64,000 bases of DNA from an uncultured Alphaproteobacteria bacterium (GTDB taxonomy: Bacteria > Pseudomonadota > Alphaproteobacteria > HIMB59 > GCA-002718135): the NCBI GenBank assembly GCA_902540265.1, contig CACBLW010000001.1, forward strand, positions 66,687 to 130,686, written 5' to 3'. Each line of letters starts with the position of its first letter. Position 1 is the stretch's first letter. Both the position numbers and the translations under genes were made by a program. Positions 41,879 through 51,893 of this stretch are shown here, in pieces. A model generated the notes under the pieces. The model saw nothing but the letters and a program-made list of their open reading frames with translations, did no database searches and was not told where the DNA came from.

Positions 41879-43120
41879 GTGTCCGATAATTTAGAAATTA
41901 ATAAAAGAGAATATCCAAGCTCTTTCTCAAAAACTGCTATTGTTATATGCCTTGATGGTAGTCAAAAAGAGTATCTCGAAGAAGCATCAAAATCTAATCT
42001 TACACCAAATCTTGATAAATTAATTGCAAGTGGTGAAAACCTACTTGTTCACAGCGCTATTCCAAGTTTTACAAATCCAAATAACATTTCGATTGTAACA
42101 GGCCAACCAAGTTCTGTACACGGTATATGCGGAAACTTCTTTTATACACCTGAGACGGGTGAAGAAGTAATGATGAATGACCCAAAATATATGCGAGCAC
42201 CAACTATTTTTGAAAAATTTTACAATTCTGGTTCTAAAATTGCTCTTGTTACTGCAAAAGACAAGTTGAGAACACTTTTAGGAAACGGATTAAGTTTTGA
42301 TGATGAGAGAGCTATTTGTTTTTCTGCTGAAAAATCTGATCAAGCAACAAAAGATCTCAATGGTATAGATAATGTAAACGATTGGTTGGGGATGCCAGTT
42401 CCAGAAGTATATTCTGAAGGACTTTCTGAATTTGTAATGGCTGCAGGCGTAAAACTTCTTGAGGAGTTTAAACCAAATATTATGTATTTATCGACTACGG
42501 ATTATATTCAACACAAATATGCACCGGGAAATGAAACAGCAAATAAATTTTATGCAATGTTTGATAAATATATTGGACTTTTAAATAAGGAGAATGTTTC
42601 TATAATCATCACAGCAGATCACGGAATGAAACCAAAATCAAAAGAAGATGGTTCACCTAATGCAATATTTTTACAAGATTATTTAGATAAAAAATTTGAA
42701 CCAAACATGGCTAAAGTCATCCTACCAATTACAGATCCATATGTCGTTCATCATGGTTCACTTGGTTCTTTTGCAACAATTTATTTAGAAGACAAGAGCA
42801 GGGTAGATTCAGTTGTAAATGCTATTAAAGAAATAAAAGATATAGAAGTTGTTTTAACAAAAGATGAAGGATGCTCTACTTATAATTTACCTCCTGATAG
42901 AATGGGGGATATTATATGTATGTCTTCAGAATTTATGACTATTGGTTCATCGGAAGATAAACACAATCTTTCTGGATTAAATGAACCTTTACGTTCTCAT
43001 GGAGGACTCCATGAAAGAGAAGTTCCATTCATATCAAATTTAAAATTACAAAACTTAGATACTAGAAAACAATTATATAACTATGATGCATTTTATTATG
43101 CAATAAATGGAGCCCTATGA
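41879..43120 (+). CDS. phnA: Phosphonoacetate hydrolase
   Basis: 413 aa. The N-terminal region ([53 protein letters not shown]) closely matches my recollection of the characterised Pseudomonas fluorescens 23F PhnA. Confidence 0.9.
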   Translation: MSDNLEINKREYPSSFSKTAIVICLDGSQKEYLEEASKSNLTPNLDKLIASGENLLVHSAIPSFTNPNNISIVTGQPSSVHGICGNFFYTPETGEEVMMNDPKYMRAPTIFEKFYNSGSKIALVTAKDKLRTLLGNGLSFDDERAICFSAEKSDQATKDLNGIDNVNDWLGMPVPEVYSEGLSEFVMAAGVKLLEEFKPNIMYLSTTDYIQHKYAPGNETANKFYAMFDKYIGLLNKENVSIIITADHGMKPKSKEDGSPNAIFLQDYLDKKFEPNMAKVILPITDPYVVHHGSLGSFATIYLEDKSRVDSVVNAIKEIKDIEVVLTKDEGCSTYNLPPDRMGDIICMSSEFMTIGSSEDKHNLSGLNEPLRSHGGLHEREVPFISNLKLQNLDTRKQLYNYDAFYYAINGAL

Positions 43121-44559
43121 TGCACAAAAAAATGATTAATGAAGCAATGCGTATTGCTGGAGAAAAAGTTACTTCAGATAAAACAATAAATGTTGAGTAC
43201 CCTTTTACAGGTGAAGTAATCGGAACTGTTCCTGCCGGTACTGTAGAGCATGCAAGAAAGGCTTTAGATATTGCTGCAAATTACCAACCTAAACTTACAA
43301 GATACGAGAGACAAAAAATTCTTCAAACTGCTGCAGAAGTACTTGTTAAAAGAAAAGAAGAAATTTCTGATATTATTACTTTAGAACTTGGTATTTCAAA
43401 ACAAGATTCTTTATACGAAGTAGGAAGAGCTTTTGATGTCTTTTCTTTAACGGCTCAACTTTGTATTCTTGATGATGGAGAAATATTTTCTTGTGATTTA
43501 ACTCCACATGGAAAAGCGAGAAAAATATTTACCATAAGAGAGCCCTTAACGGCAATTTCAGCAATCACTCCATTTAATCACCCTTTGAATATGGTAGCGC
43601 ATAAAATTGCTCCTTCAATTGCAACTAATAATTGTACAGTATGTAAGCAGACAGAATTAACACCTTTAACAGCAATGGTACTCGCTGATGTTTTATATGA
43701 AGCAGGTCTGCCACCAGAAATGTTTTCAGTTGTAACTGGATGGCCTCAAGACATTGGATCAGAAATGATCAAAAATCCAAATATTGATCTCATTACTTTT
43801 ACAGGTAGTGTAGGTGTAGGAAAATTAATTGCTGAACAAGCTGGATACAAAAGAACAGTTCTTGAGCTAGGTGGTAATGATCCATTAATTGTTTTAAATG
43901 ACTTAGATGCTGATGATCTTAAAAAAGCTGTTGAGCTAGCTGTTACGGGAGCAACGAAAAATTCTGGTCAACGTTGTACAGCTGTTAAAAGAATACTGGT
44001 TCAAGAATCTATTGCAGATCAATTTGTTGAAATGGCTCTTGAGCGTGCTAAGAAAATTAAATTTGGTGATCCTATGAATATGGAAACAGACTTAGGTACA
44101 GTTGTTAATGCTCAAGCTGCAGAACTTTTTGATAAAAGAGTTTCTATGGCTGAAGAAGACGGTGCAAAAATTTTATATCACCCTGGAAGAAAGGGTGCTT
44201 TGTTACCTCCAATAGTTGTAGATCATGTTGATCCTAAAAGTGAATTAGTTTTAGAAGAAACATTTGGTCCAGTTATCCCAATCATTCGTGTGCCTAATGA
44301 CGATGAAGCTGTAATGAAAATATCTAATTCAACCGCATTCGGATTATCATCTGGTGTATGTACAAATAACTTCATGCGAGCAAAAAAATATATTCAAGGT
44401 TTAAATGTTGGCACTGTAAATATTTGGGAGGTTCCAGGTTATAGAATTGAAATGTCTCCTTTTGGAGGAATTAAAGATTCAGGTCTTGGTTACAAAGAGG
44501 GTGTTATTGAAGCAATGAAAAGTTTTACTAATGTAAAAACCTTTTCGCTACCTTGGTAA
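43117..44559 (+). CDS. phnY: Aldehyde dehydrogenase, phosphonoacetaldehyde dehydrogenase-like
   Basis: 480 aa ALDH (ELGGNDP, catalytic GQRCTA, EETFGPV). It overlaps the phnA stop by 4 nt. The substrate is inferred from context. Confidence 0.8.
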   Translation: MMHKKMINEAMRIAGEKVTSDKTINVEYPFTGEVIGTVPAGTVEHARKALDIAANYQPKLTRYERQKILQTAAEVLVKRKEEISDIITLELGISKQDSLYEVGRAFDVFSLTAQLCILDDGEIFSCDLTPHGKARKIFTIREPLTAISAITPFNHPLNMVAHKIAPSIATNNCTVCKQTELTPLTAMVLADVLYEAGLPPEMFSVVTGWPQDIGSEMIKNPNIDLITFTGSVGVGKLIAEQAGYKRTVLELGGNDPLIVLNDLDADDLKKAVELAVTGATKNSGQRCTAVKRILVQESIADQFVEMALERAKKIKFGDPMNMETDLGTVVNAQAAELFDKRVSMAEEDGAKILYHPGRKGALLPPIVVDHVDPKSELVLEETFGPVIPIIRVPNDDEAVMKISNSTAFGLSSGVCTNNFMRAKKYIQGLNVGTVNIWEVPGYRIEMSPFGGIKDSGLGYKEGVIEAMKSFTNVKTFSLPW

Positions 44560-44695
44560 ATAAACCAGTTTTTCTCTAATTTTTTTATTTCTGTGGAAAA
44601 ATAAGCTTATTTTTTAGTAATATTTTCGTAATAAAATTGTAACCTTTTGAGGCTACGTGTTAGATTAATTATTATATTTGAATCGGAGGGATTAA

Positions 44696-45949
44696 ATGAA
44701 AAAATTAATTACAGGATTGGCTGCCGTATTAGCTTTTGGTTTTTATGGTTCTGTTAATTCAGCTAAGTCTATTGAAATAGAAGTAGCTTATCCTTATTCA
44801 GGATTATTCGATGTAACGTTTCAAGCTATTATGCCAGAGTTTGAAAAAGCACATCCAGATATTCAAGTTAAATTTAGAGCAACTTATGAAAACTATGAGG
44901 ATGCAACTGCAACAATCTTCAGAGAGTCTACTTCAGGTAATTTACCAGATGTAACAATGCAAGGTCTTAACAGACAAGCACCTCTAGTTGACAAAGGTAT
45001 TGCTAAGTCTTTAGAGCCATTTATTGCAAAAGAAGCTGCTTTTGAAAAAGATGGTTACCATTCTGCTATGTTAAGTCTTTCAACATTCGGTGGTGAAGTT
45101 TATGGATTACCATTTTCTGTATCAACGCCAGTTGGATATTATAATATGGATTTATTAGCTGAAGCAGGTGTAAATAGTATTCCAACTAACTGGGACGAAG
45201 TTATTGCAGCATGTAATAAATTGGAAGCAGCAGGTAAAGGAACTCTATACTTTGGTTGGAACATCACAGGTAACTGGTTCCACCAAGCATTAATGCACAC
45301 TCAGAATGTTCCAATGGTTAAAGATGGAGCTGTAAATATGGGTGGTGATGCAGGACTTGCAACGTTAGAGCAAATGAAAGCAATCATGAGCGGATGTAAT
45401 ATGCCAAACTATTCAATTGCTGATGGTCAAGCTGCGTTTAACGCAGGTACTATTGGTATGATGTTCTGGTCTACTTCAAGCTTGGGTTCAGTTAATGCTG
45501 CAAAGGCAGACTTTGTTTTAAAAACTGCACCATTCCCTGGAATGGCTGGAGTTAACAATGGAACACCAGCAAGATTACCAGCAGGTGGAAACGCTGCAAT
45601 GTTAGTGTCTACATCTGATGATCCAGCAAGAGTTGATGCTGCATGGACTTTCTTAAAGTTCATTACATCAGGTATCGGTGCTGCATTAGTTGCTGAAACA
45701 ACTGGATATGTTCCACCAAACAAAGCAGCGAATGAATTATTAGGAGATTTCTATAGTAAAAACCCTAATAAACTTACTGCTGTTGAACAACTTCCACTTC
45801 TTGCAGATTGGTTTGCATATCCTGGAGAAAATGGATTAGCTGTTACACAGGTAATCTATGATTACACAGAAGAAATTGCTACAGGCGACGCTGATGATAT
45901 GGGTGATCTCCAAGAAGAAATGATGGAAGAAATAAACGATCTTATGTAA
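44696..45949 (+). CDS. Periplasmic substrate-binding protein, family 1 (UgpB/CUT1-like)
   Basis: 417 aa with a signal peptide, a GGAGGG RBS and its own strong terminator. It is the likely partner of the divergently encoded permeases and ATPase. Confidence 0.85.
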   Translation: MKKLITGLAAVLAFGFYGSVNSAKSIEIEVAYPYSGLFDVTFQAIMPEFEKAHPDIQVKFRATYENYEDATATIFRESTSGNLPDVTMQGLNRQAPLVDKGIAKSLEPFIAKEAAFEKDGYHSAMLSLSTFGGEVYGLPFSVSTPVGYYNMDLLAEAGVNSIPTNWDEVIAACNKLEAAGKGTLYFGWNITGNWFHQALMHTQNVPMVKDGAVNMGGDAGLATLEQMKAIMSGCNMPNYSIADGQAAFNAGTIGMMFWSTSSLGSVNAAKADFVLKTAPFPGMAGVNNGTPARLPAGGNAAMLVSTSDDPARVDAAWTFLKFITSGIGAALVAETTGYVPPNKAANELLGDFYSKNPNKLTAVEQLPLLADWFAYPGENGLAVTQVIYDYTEEIATGDADDMGDLQEEMMEEINDLM

Positions 45950-45980
45950 TTTGAGATTATTTATTATTAACTTTTTATTA

Positions 45981-46012
45981 CAGCGGCTTTATAAAAGCCG
46001 CTGTTTTATTTT
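45981..46012 (+). terminator. Rho-independent terminator after the binding-protein gene
   Basis: CAGCGGCTTT (45981-45990) pairs with AAAGCCGCTG (45994-46003) around a 3-nt loop, followed by TTTTATTTT. Confidence 0.75.
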
Positions 46013-46036
46013 AAATTTAAATGGGAGTAAAAATAG

Positions 46037-47116
46037 ATGCCTCTTAAAACAACTACAATAGGTGCTTATCCAAAACCGAAACAAACACCTATTCAAGATT
46101 GGTTTTTAGGGACAAAATCAGAAGAAGAGAGAAAAGCGTCAAAAGGATTATTATCAAATTGGTCACCTGGCGCATATGAAAAAGCATTAGAGTCTGCAGG
46201 TGCAGATGCTGAAAAATTATTTTTAGCAGCAATTAAAGAAGTTATAACTGATCAAGTAAATGCGGGTATTGATGTTCCAACAGATGGAGAAGTCAGACGT
46301 GAGAGTTACGTATTATATCAATGTCGATTTTTAAATGGTGTAAGTTTTAAGGAAGTTACACATAAGTCAGTAAGACAAGGCGCGTTCGAAGCTGACCTTC
46401 CAACTATTGTTGCACCAATTTCAAGTAAAGAAATACGTATGTATTTAGACTGGAAGAGTGCACAACAATTTACAAAAAACCCAGTTAAAATTACGCTACC
46501 TGGACCAATGACAATTACAGATTCAATTGCTAACAATTACTATGATGACATGAAAAAACTTGGTTTTGATTTAGCATTAGCTCTCAATAAAGAAATTAAG
46601 GCACTTGTGGATGCAGGTTGTCAGTATATTCAAATTGATGAACCAGTATTTGCTAGAAAACCCGATGAAGCTCATTCATATGGTATGGAAAATTTAGAAA
46701 GAATGATGCATGGTATTCCTAAAGAAGTGCAACGCGTTTGCCATATTTGTTGTGGTTATCCTAACTCATTAGACTCAGAAGGGTATAAAAAGGCTGATCT
46801 AGATGCTTATGATAGAATTGCATCACTGGTAGATGATTCAACTATTGATGAAGTATCTTTAGAAGATTCACATAGGCATAATGATTTAAATCTTTTAGAA
46901 AAATTTACTAAAACAAAAGTAATTTTTGGATTTATTGATATTGCAAAAAGTAGAATGGAGTCTGTTGAAGAGGTAAGAGTTCGTATCAAAGATTCACTTG
47001 AACATATTGATGAACACCGCTTAATAGCTGCACCAGATTGTGGTTTAGGTTTCTTTACACGAGAACAAGCAATTGAGAAAATGACAATTCTAACTAAAGC
47101 GGCAAAATCAATTTAA
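46037..47116 (+). CDS. Cobalamin-independent methionine-synthase-II-like Zn alkyltransferase (MetE C-terminal-domain family)
   Basis: 359 aa. TIGAYPKP, DGEVRRESY and IQIDEP motifs are present. Putative Zn ligands are CHICCGY (HxC) and APDCGLGF. Confidence 0.75.
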   Translation: MPLKTTTIGAYPKPKQTPIQDWFLGTKSEEERKASKGLLSNWSPGAYEKALESAGADAEKLFLAAIKEVITDQVNAGIDVPTDGEVRRESYVLYQCRFLNGVSFKEVTHKSVRQGAFEADLPTIVAPISSKEIRMYLDWKSAQQFTKNPVKITLPGPMTITDSIANNYYDDMKKLGFDLALALNKEIKALVDAGCQYIQIDEPVFARKPDEAHSYGMENLERMMHGIPKEVQRVCHICCGYPNSLDSEGYKKADLDAYDRIASLVDDSTIDEVSLEDSHRHNDLNLLEKFTKTKVIFGFIDIAKSRMESVEEVRVRIKDSLEHIDEHRLIAAPDCGLGFFTREQAIEKMTILTKAAKSI

Positions 47117-47120
47117 GGTA

Positions 47121-48233
47121 ATGTGGAATTATTTTAATCCTGTTGAAATTATCTTTGGAGAAAATAGATTTACAGAAGTACATGATGCTCTTAAAAATAA
47201 GAACTACATCATAATCACTCATCCAGAGGAAATTTTTAAAAAATATAGCGATGAATTAAAATCTTCTTCAAATCCACCTTTATCCATTATGACCGATGTT
47301 CAGCCTAATCCAGATTATAAGGATATTTTAGAACTACAAAATAAATTTTCTTCAATCAATGAATCGGTAGATTATATTTTAGCTATAGGTGGTGGCTCTG
47401 TTACAGACACAGCTAAAGCAATTGCTGCATTTAAAGATAAACAAGAATATCTAACAGATTTCGTTCGTAATAAGAAAAATCCAAGAGTCGAAAATCCAAT
47501 CAAGATTATTGCAATACCTACAACTTCAGGAACATCAAGTGAGCTTACGTGTTGGGCCACAATTTGGGATAAAGAAAAAAACAATAAATTATCTTTGGCG
47601 CATAAATCTCTTTATGCAGAAAAAGCAATTATCGATCCATCTATTATGGTTGATAAACCTTTAGGCTTGACCATTTCAACAGGTTTAGATGCTCTCTCTC
47701 ATTCAATGGAAAGTATTTGGAATATTAATGCAAACCCAATTTCTGCTTCTCATGCAATACAAGCATCAAAATTAGTATTAGAAAATTTACCACTTCTCGC
47801 TAAAGATTTAAGAAGCGTTGAATTACGTTCAAACATTGCACTGGCATGCGTTCATGCTGGCTTAGCGTTTTCCAATACAAAAACTGCTATTGCGCACAAT
47901 CTATCATACCCTGTGACGCTCAATTACGGCATTCAACATGGTATTGCTTGTTCATTTACTTTACCCATGATTACTAAAAGTATGGTTGGAATTGATAGTG
48001 TCGCTGAAGAAAGACTAAAGTTAATTTTTAACGATAACCTTGAAAATGCCGCAAATCATCTGAGTGAATTTATGCGTTCTTTAGAGGTTCCTCTTAACTT
48101 AAATGAAATAAAAGTTCCTGTTCAAGAATGGAATAATATAGTAGATGATGCGTTTTTAGGGGAACGAGGTAAAAACTTTATTGGCAATAAAGAAGCCTTC
48201 ATCTCTTCTGCTAAATCAATGGGACTTTATTAG
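47121..48233 (+). CDS. Iron-containing (group III) alcohol dehydrogenase; candidate phosphonoacetaldehyde reductase / 2-hydroxyethylphosphonate dehydrogenase
   Basis: 370 aa. Motifs FNPVEIIFGEN, AIGGGSVTDTAK, GLDALSHSME and AIAHNLSYP are present. The substrate is inferred from the phosphonate context only. Confidence 0.8.
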   Translation: MWNYFNPVEIIFGENRFTEVHDALKNKNYIIITHPEEIFKKYSDELKSSSNPPLSIMTDVQPNPDYKDILELQNKFSSINESVDYILAIGGGSVTDTAKAIAAFKDKQEYLTDFVRNKKNPRVENPIKIIAIPTTSGTSSELTCWATIWDKEKNNKLSLAHKSLYAEKAIIDPSIMVDKPLGLTISTGLDALSHSMESIWNINANPISASHAIQASKLVLENLPLLAKDLRSVELRSNIALACVHAGLAFSNTKTAIAHNLSYPVTLNYGIQHGIACSFTLPMITKSMVGIDSVAEERLKLIFNDNLENAANHLSEFMRSLEVPLNLNEIKVPVQEWNNIVDDAFLGERGKNFIGNKEAFISSAKSMGLY

Positions 48234-48235
48234 TA

Positions 48236-49342
48236 ATGAAAAAAAATTTCAGGTTTTATGATAACAGACAAAAATACTTATTATTTGTCACAACAACAAA
48301 TGAAAAAAATCAAATTGCTGATGCGATACGCCCTCACATAAATAAAATTAAACCTCAAAAACCTGGCATAAAAATATTTGATGCTGGTATGGGTGATGGT
48401 TCCTTACTTATGAATGTTATGCGTCAGTGCCACGAGGCTAAGCCTAACGTACCTTTATTAGTTTGCACAAAAGAAATAAGCATAGAAGATGTAAGATTAG
48501 GTTTAGAAAAATTACCCGATAGGTTTGTTGAACATAAGAATACGGTTTTTGTCATTTCAAATCTACACTACGCTGAAGCTGCAAACCTAAAATCAAAAAA
48601 TGAAGTTAAACAGAAAAAAATTAATTGGAATATTATTAAATTAAAAGGAGATACCTCTCTTGAATTTGCCCAACAATTAAGAAAACAAAATGAATTTTTA
48701 GAAAAAAAATGGAATATAGAAATTAATAAAAAGTCAGGTAACCATACTTATAAAGAGCCTTCAGTCATGGTTATCTACCGCGAAGATCAAGAATTTAATG
48801 TAAATGAATTAATACCTACCAAAAAAAAATCAGATAATAAATTTGATCTTATTATTGCTTCACAGCCTTATCGTTCAAGAATCACAGCAGAAAAGAAATC
48901 AAAATATGTCATCGAACCAATGATTAGAGCGTTAAAATCAAAAGGGAAATTATTAACTATTCATGCTTCAGGAAAAGATCCTGCTAATGAAATAATTCGT
49001 AAAATTTGGCCAAAAGAGGACCCATTTCCTTCTCTTGGAAATAGTATCATTTCTTATCTTAAGAAAAATTTAGATAAAGATTTATTAAGAAGATTATCTT
49101 TTGGAGAAAAAAGAATTATTAAATGTAAATTGAGAGCTCTACCAACAGAAATCAGCGGAGGTATAGCGACATCATTAGTTTTTTCTGCTTGGAATGCCTC
49201 CATATATGTCAATCAAATGGATGACGACAAAGTAATGAAAGTAGAAAAAACTAAAAACTATGAAAAAATTGTTCAAAACATTGTTGCTAAAAATAAAGGT
49301 CTTTATTTTAACAATGAAATATTTGTAATCGAAAAAAAATAA
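48236..49342 (+). CDS. Hypothetical protein with Rossmann methyltransferase-like motif
   Basis: 368 aa. IFDAGMGDGS resembles SAM motif I, and DLIIASQPY and GKLLTIH resemble later motifs, with a long insertion between them. I recognise no characterised homolog. Confidence 0.45.
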   Translation: MKKNFRFYDNRQKYLLFVTTTNEKNQIADAIRPHINKIKPQKPGIKIFDAGMGDGSLLMNVMRQCHEAKPNVPLLVCTKEISIEDVRLGLEKLPDRFVEHKNTVFVISNLHYAEAANLKSKNEVKQKKINWNIIKLKGDTSLEFAQQLRKQNEFLEKKWNIEINKKSGNHTYKEPSVMVIYREDQEFNVNELIPTKKKSDNKFDLIIASQPYRSRITAEKKSKYVIEPMIRALKSKGKLLTIHASGKDPANEIIRKIWPKEDPFPSLGNSIISYLKKNLDKDLLRRLSFGEKRIIKCKLRALPTEISGGIATSLVFSAWNASIYVNQMDDDKVMKVEKTKNYEKIVQNIVAKNKGLYFNNEIFVIEKK

Positions 49343-49346
49343 TTTT

Positions 49347-50135
49347 TTATTTAAACCAATTAACTTCTGTTTTTAAAAAATCCTCTGTATGAATAATTAA
49401 GGCGTCAGATCGAATTATTGCAACATTATAATTTGTATCTGTATTAGCCGTTCCTAAACGATATTCATTTGAAAAGTTAGGTATTAGAGGAGACCAAGTA
49501 CTTCTTGGGGAGGAAAAAGTAATACCACAATAAGAGCCAGAACTTGTAATGTGTTGATGACCAAAAAAAATATGTTTTATTATATTATTATTTTTAGTTA
49601 AAATTTGTTGAAACTCTTTTTTTTGTTGTAATCCTATTCCATCACTTTCCTCTTTTACTAATGCCAGTGGATTATGATGCATAAAGATGTACGTATCCGT
49701 ATTAGTCTTACTTAAAATATTATTTAACCATTCTTGCCTCTCTTCACAATAATGTCCTTGGTGAGTGTTAATCAGATTAGTATCTATAAAAATTAAACGT
49801 TTATTATCTATATCCTTAAAGTATTGAATAAATCCATTTGGATCGGTTTCAATATCAGGAAAGTTTATTTTAAATTCATCTCTGTTATCATGATTACCTA
49901 TAATTAGTTGAGGATTTAAATTCTTCGGCAGACCTGCTTCATCAATTATTTTTAAAAATAACTGATAAGAATCTTTATCACCTAAGTCTGTAATATCACC
50001 TGTGATGGCAAATAAATCTGCATCACCATGATTATTTTTTATATGAGTTAATGCTTTTTTAAATTTACTGACAGGATCTATGCCATGAATCTTATCAATA
50101 TAAATATGAGGGTCTGAAAGGTGAATAATTTTCAT
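49347..50135 (-). CDS. Calcineurin-like metallophosphoesterase / phosphodiesterase
   Basis: 262 aa. Motifs HLSDPH, GDITDLGD, GNHDNR, MHHNP and GHQH are present. Confidence 0.8.
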   Translation of the reverse strand: MKIIHLSDPHIYIDKIHGIDPVSKFKKALTHIKNNHGDADLFAITGDITDLGDKDSYQLFLKIIDEAGLPKNLNPQLIIGNHDNRDEFKINFPDIETDPNGFIQYFKDIDNKRLIFIDTNLINTHQGHYCEERQEWLNNILSKTNTDTYIFMHHNPLALVKEESDGIGLQQKKEFQQILTKNNNIIKHIFFGHQHITSSGSYCGITFSSPRSTWSPLIPNFSNEYRLGTANTDTNYNVAIIRSDALIIHTEDFLKTEVNWFK

Positions 50136-50155
50136 TATTAAATATAAATTTATAA

Positions 50156-50788
50156 TTAGATCGCAGTTTTAAAATAAATATACTTATTAAATTCCTCTTT
50201 TAAGTCGATGCTAACTCTTGCATGTACTTTACCTTGTTTTCCTTGAAACGATTGTTTTTCTGTAACTGGAAACACCCCTTCATGCCAAATATTTGGATGA
50301 ATATACAAACCTTTTGATCCGTCACAATAAAATGCTTTAAAATGTTCTGGTTCAATGTCGTCTGTAGGTAAGGCTAAAGGACAAATAAATGGTTTATTTT
50401 CTTCAGGAAAGAAAAGCTGACCTCCATCAGGATGATAATTTGCATGCCATAAAAAAATTTTTGTTGGATCTGAATATTTATCTTTTTGTAATTCTTGATC
50501 AGGATTATTGGCATAACCCAGTATATATTTTCCATCTACCTCATAATCGCTCTTATGTTGAACAGCATTATTTTGTCCATAAAGAACATCACCTTGCCAC
50601 CAGGTATCAAAAGAACCTTCGGTAGTTCCACCTTCATTACCAGTTCCCTCTTCTATGTCGCGCCATCCTTGTTTTGGCCAAGTAACAATTTCAATATCAC
50701 TATTTTCAAAACTATCGATTAAATATCCGTATCCCTTAAGATTTTCATTTGTTGCTTTAACTAATGGTATTTCAATTTCTTTTGTCAT
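50156..50788 (-). CDS. Ureidoglycolate-lyase (AllA)-like cupin-fold protein
   Basis: 210 aa. HPDGGQLFFP..KPFICPLAL..FKAFYCDGSKGLYIHPNIWHEGVF parallels the AllA-family core as I remember it. The function here is unknown. Confidence 0.55.
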   Translation of the reverse strand: MTKEIEIPLVKATNENLKGYGYLIDSFENSDIEIVTWPKQGWRDIEEGTGNEGGTTEGSFDTWWQGDVLYGQNNAVQHKSDYEVDGKYILGYANNPDQELQKDKYSDPTKIFLWHANYHPDGGQLFFPEENKPFICPLALPTDDIEPEHFKAFYCDGSKGLYIHPNIWHEGVFPVTEKQSFQGKQGKVHARVSIDLKEEFNKYIYFKTAI

Positions 50789-50795
50789 TATTTTG

Positions 50796-51893
50796 TTAGT
50801 TTAATGTTAATCCCAATTCAGTAACGACTTCTTTTACAGCTTTTATCGTATCCATCATGTCTTGTTCATCTAAATTACCAATACACCCAATTCTAAAAGT
50901 TTCTGCCACTGTTAGTTTTCCTGGATAAATTAAAAAATCTTTTTCACTAAGAGCATTATAAAATTTCTCAAAGTTAAATTTAGGATCATTAGGTTGTTTA
51001 AACGTAATAATAATTGGTGCTTGTAAATTATCAGGAAGTAGTTGCTCAAATCCCAACTCTTTCATTCCATTACAAATAATTTCACAATTTTTTTTATATC
51101 TTTTACCTCTTCCTTTTACACCGCCTTGTTCTTTATGTTCTTCAATAGCTTGGTTGAATGCAGCTAATACGTGTGTTGGAGGTGTAAATCGCCATTGTTT
51201 ATTTTTTTCCATTGCTTGCCATTGATCATACAAGTCTAGACTTAGTGAGTGACTATTGCCTTTTGCATTTTGAATAACTTCATTTTTAACAAGAATGAAA
51301 CCAACACCTGGCACACCTTCTAAGCATTTGTTTGATGAAGCGGCTACAGCATCAAAAGTAATTGTTTTAGAACTTAAGGGTAATGCACCAAAGGCACTCA
51401 TTGCATCGATGAATAACGATAAATTTTTCCCCTCAACCAATTTTGCAATGTCTTCAATAGGATTTAAAATACCCGATGTCGTTTCACAATATACAGCAAA
51501 GACGTGTGTTAAGTTGTTGCTATCAATTAAGTCTTCAATTTTATTGATGTCATGTACTTCATTTTCAGCAACTTCATATTCAATAAAATCTCTCCCTAAA
51601 TATGTGCACATTTTTTTCATTCTTTGTCCGTAAGCACCATTGATCAGAATCAGAATTTTAGAATCTTTTTGAGTAAGAGAGCTTACCATCGACTCTACGG
51701 CAAAAGTTCCACTTCCCTGCATTGGAACACATTGATATTTATCTTCACCGTCTATTAATTTAACAAGGGAATCTCTAATTGATGCATTGAGATCAATAAA
51801 TTTTGTATCTCTCGAACCCCAATCATGAAGCATAGCCTCTTTTGTTGACATCGATGTCGTGAGAGGACCAGGGGTTAATAATTTTTTATCCAT
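50796..51893 (-). CDS. phnW: 2-aminoethylphosphonate--pyruvate transaminase
   Basis: 365 aa. The N-terminus LLTPGPLTTSMSTKEAMLHDWGSRD is typical of PhnW. A class V aminotransferase core with an SNKCLEG Lys region is present. Confidence 0.9.
   Translation of the reverse strand: MDKKLLTPGPLTTSMSTKEAMLHDWGSRDTKFIDLNASIRDSLVKLIDGEDKYQCVPMQGSGTFAVESMVSSLTQKDSKILILINGAYGQRMKKMCTYLGRDFIEYEVAENEVHDINKIEDLIDSNNLTHVFAVYCETTSGILNPIEDIAKLVEGKNLSLFIDAMSAFGALPLSSKTITFDAVAASSNKCLEGVPGVGFILVKNEVIQNAKGNSHSLSLDLYDQWQAMEKNKQWRFTPPTHVLAAFNQAIEEHKEQGGVKGRGKRYKKNCEIICNGMKELGFEQLLPDNLQAPIIITFKQPNDPKFNFEKFYNALSEKDFLIYPGKLTVAETFRIGCIGNLDEQDMMDTIKAVKEVVTELGLTLN

Noticed and set aside
45950-46036. Possible SAM-II/SAM-V-type riboswitch ahead of the MetE-like gene
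   Set aside because: The only strong structure is a hairpin with a 3-nt loop followed by a T-run. It cannot form the H-type pseudoknot these riboswitches need. I interpret it as the terminator of the upstream gene.
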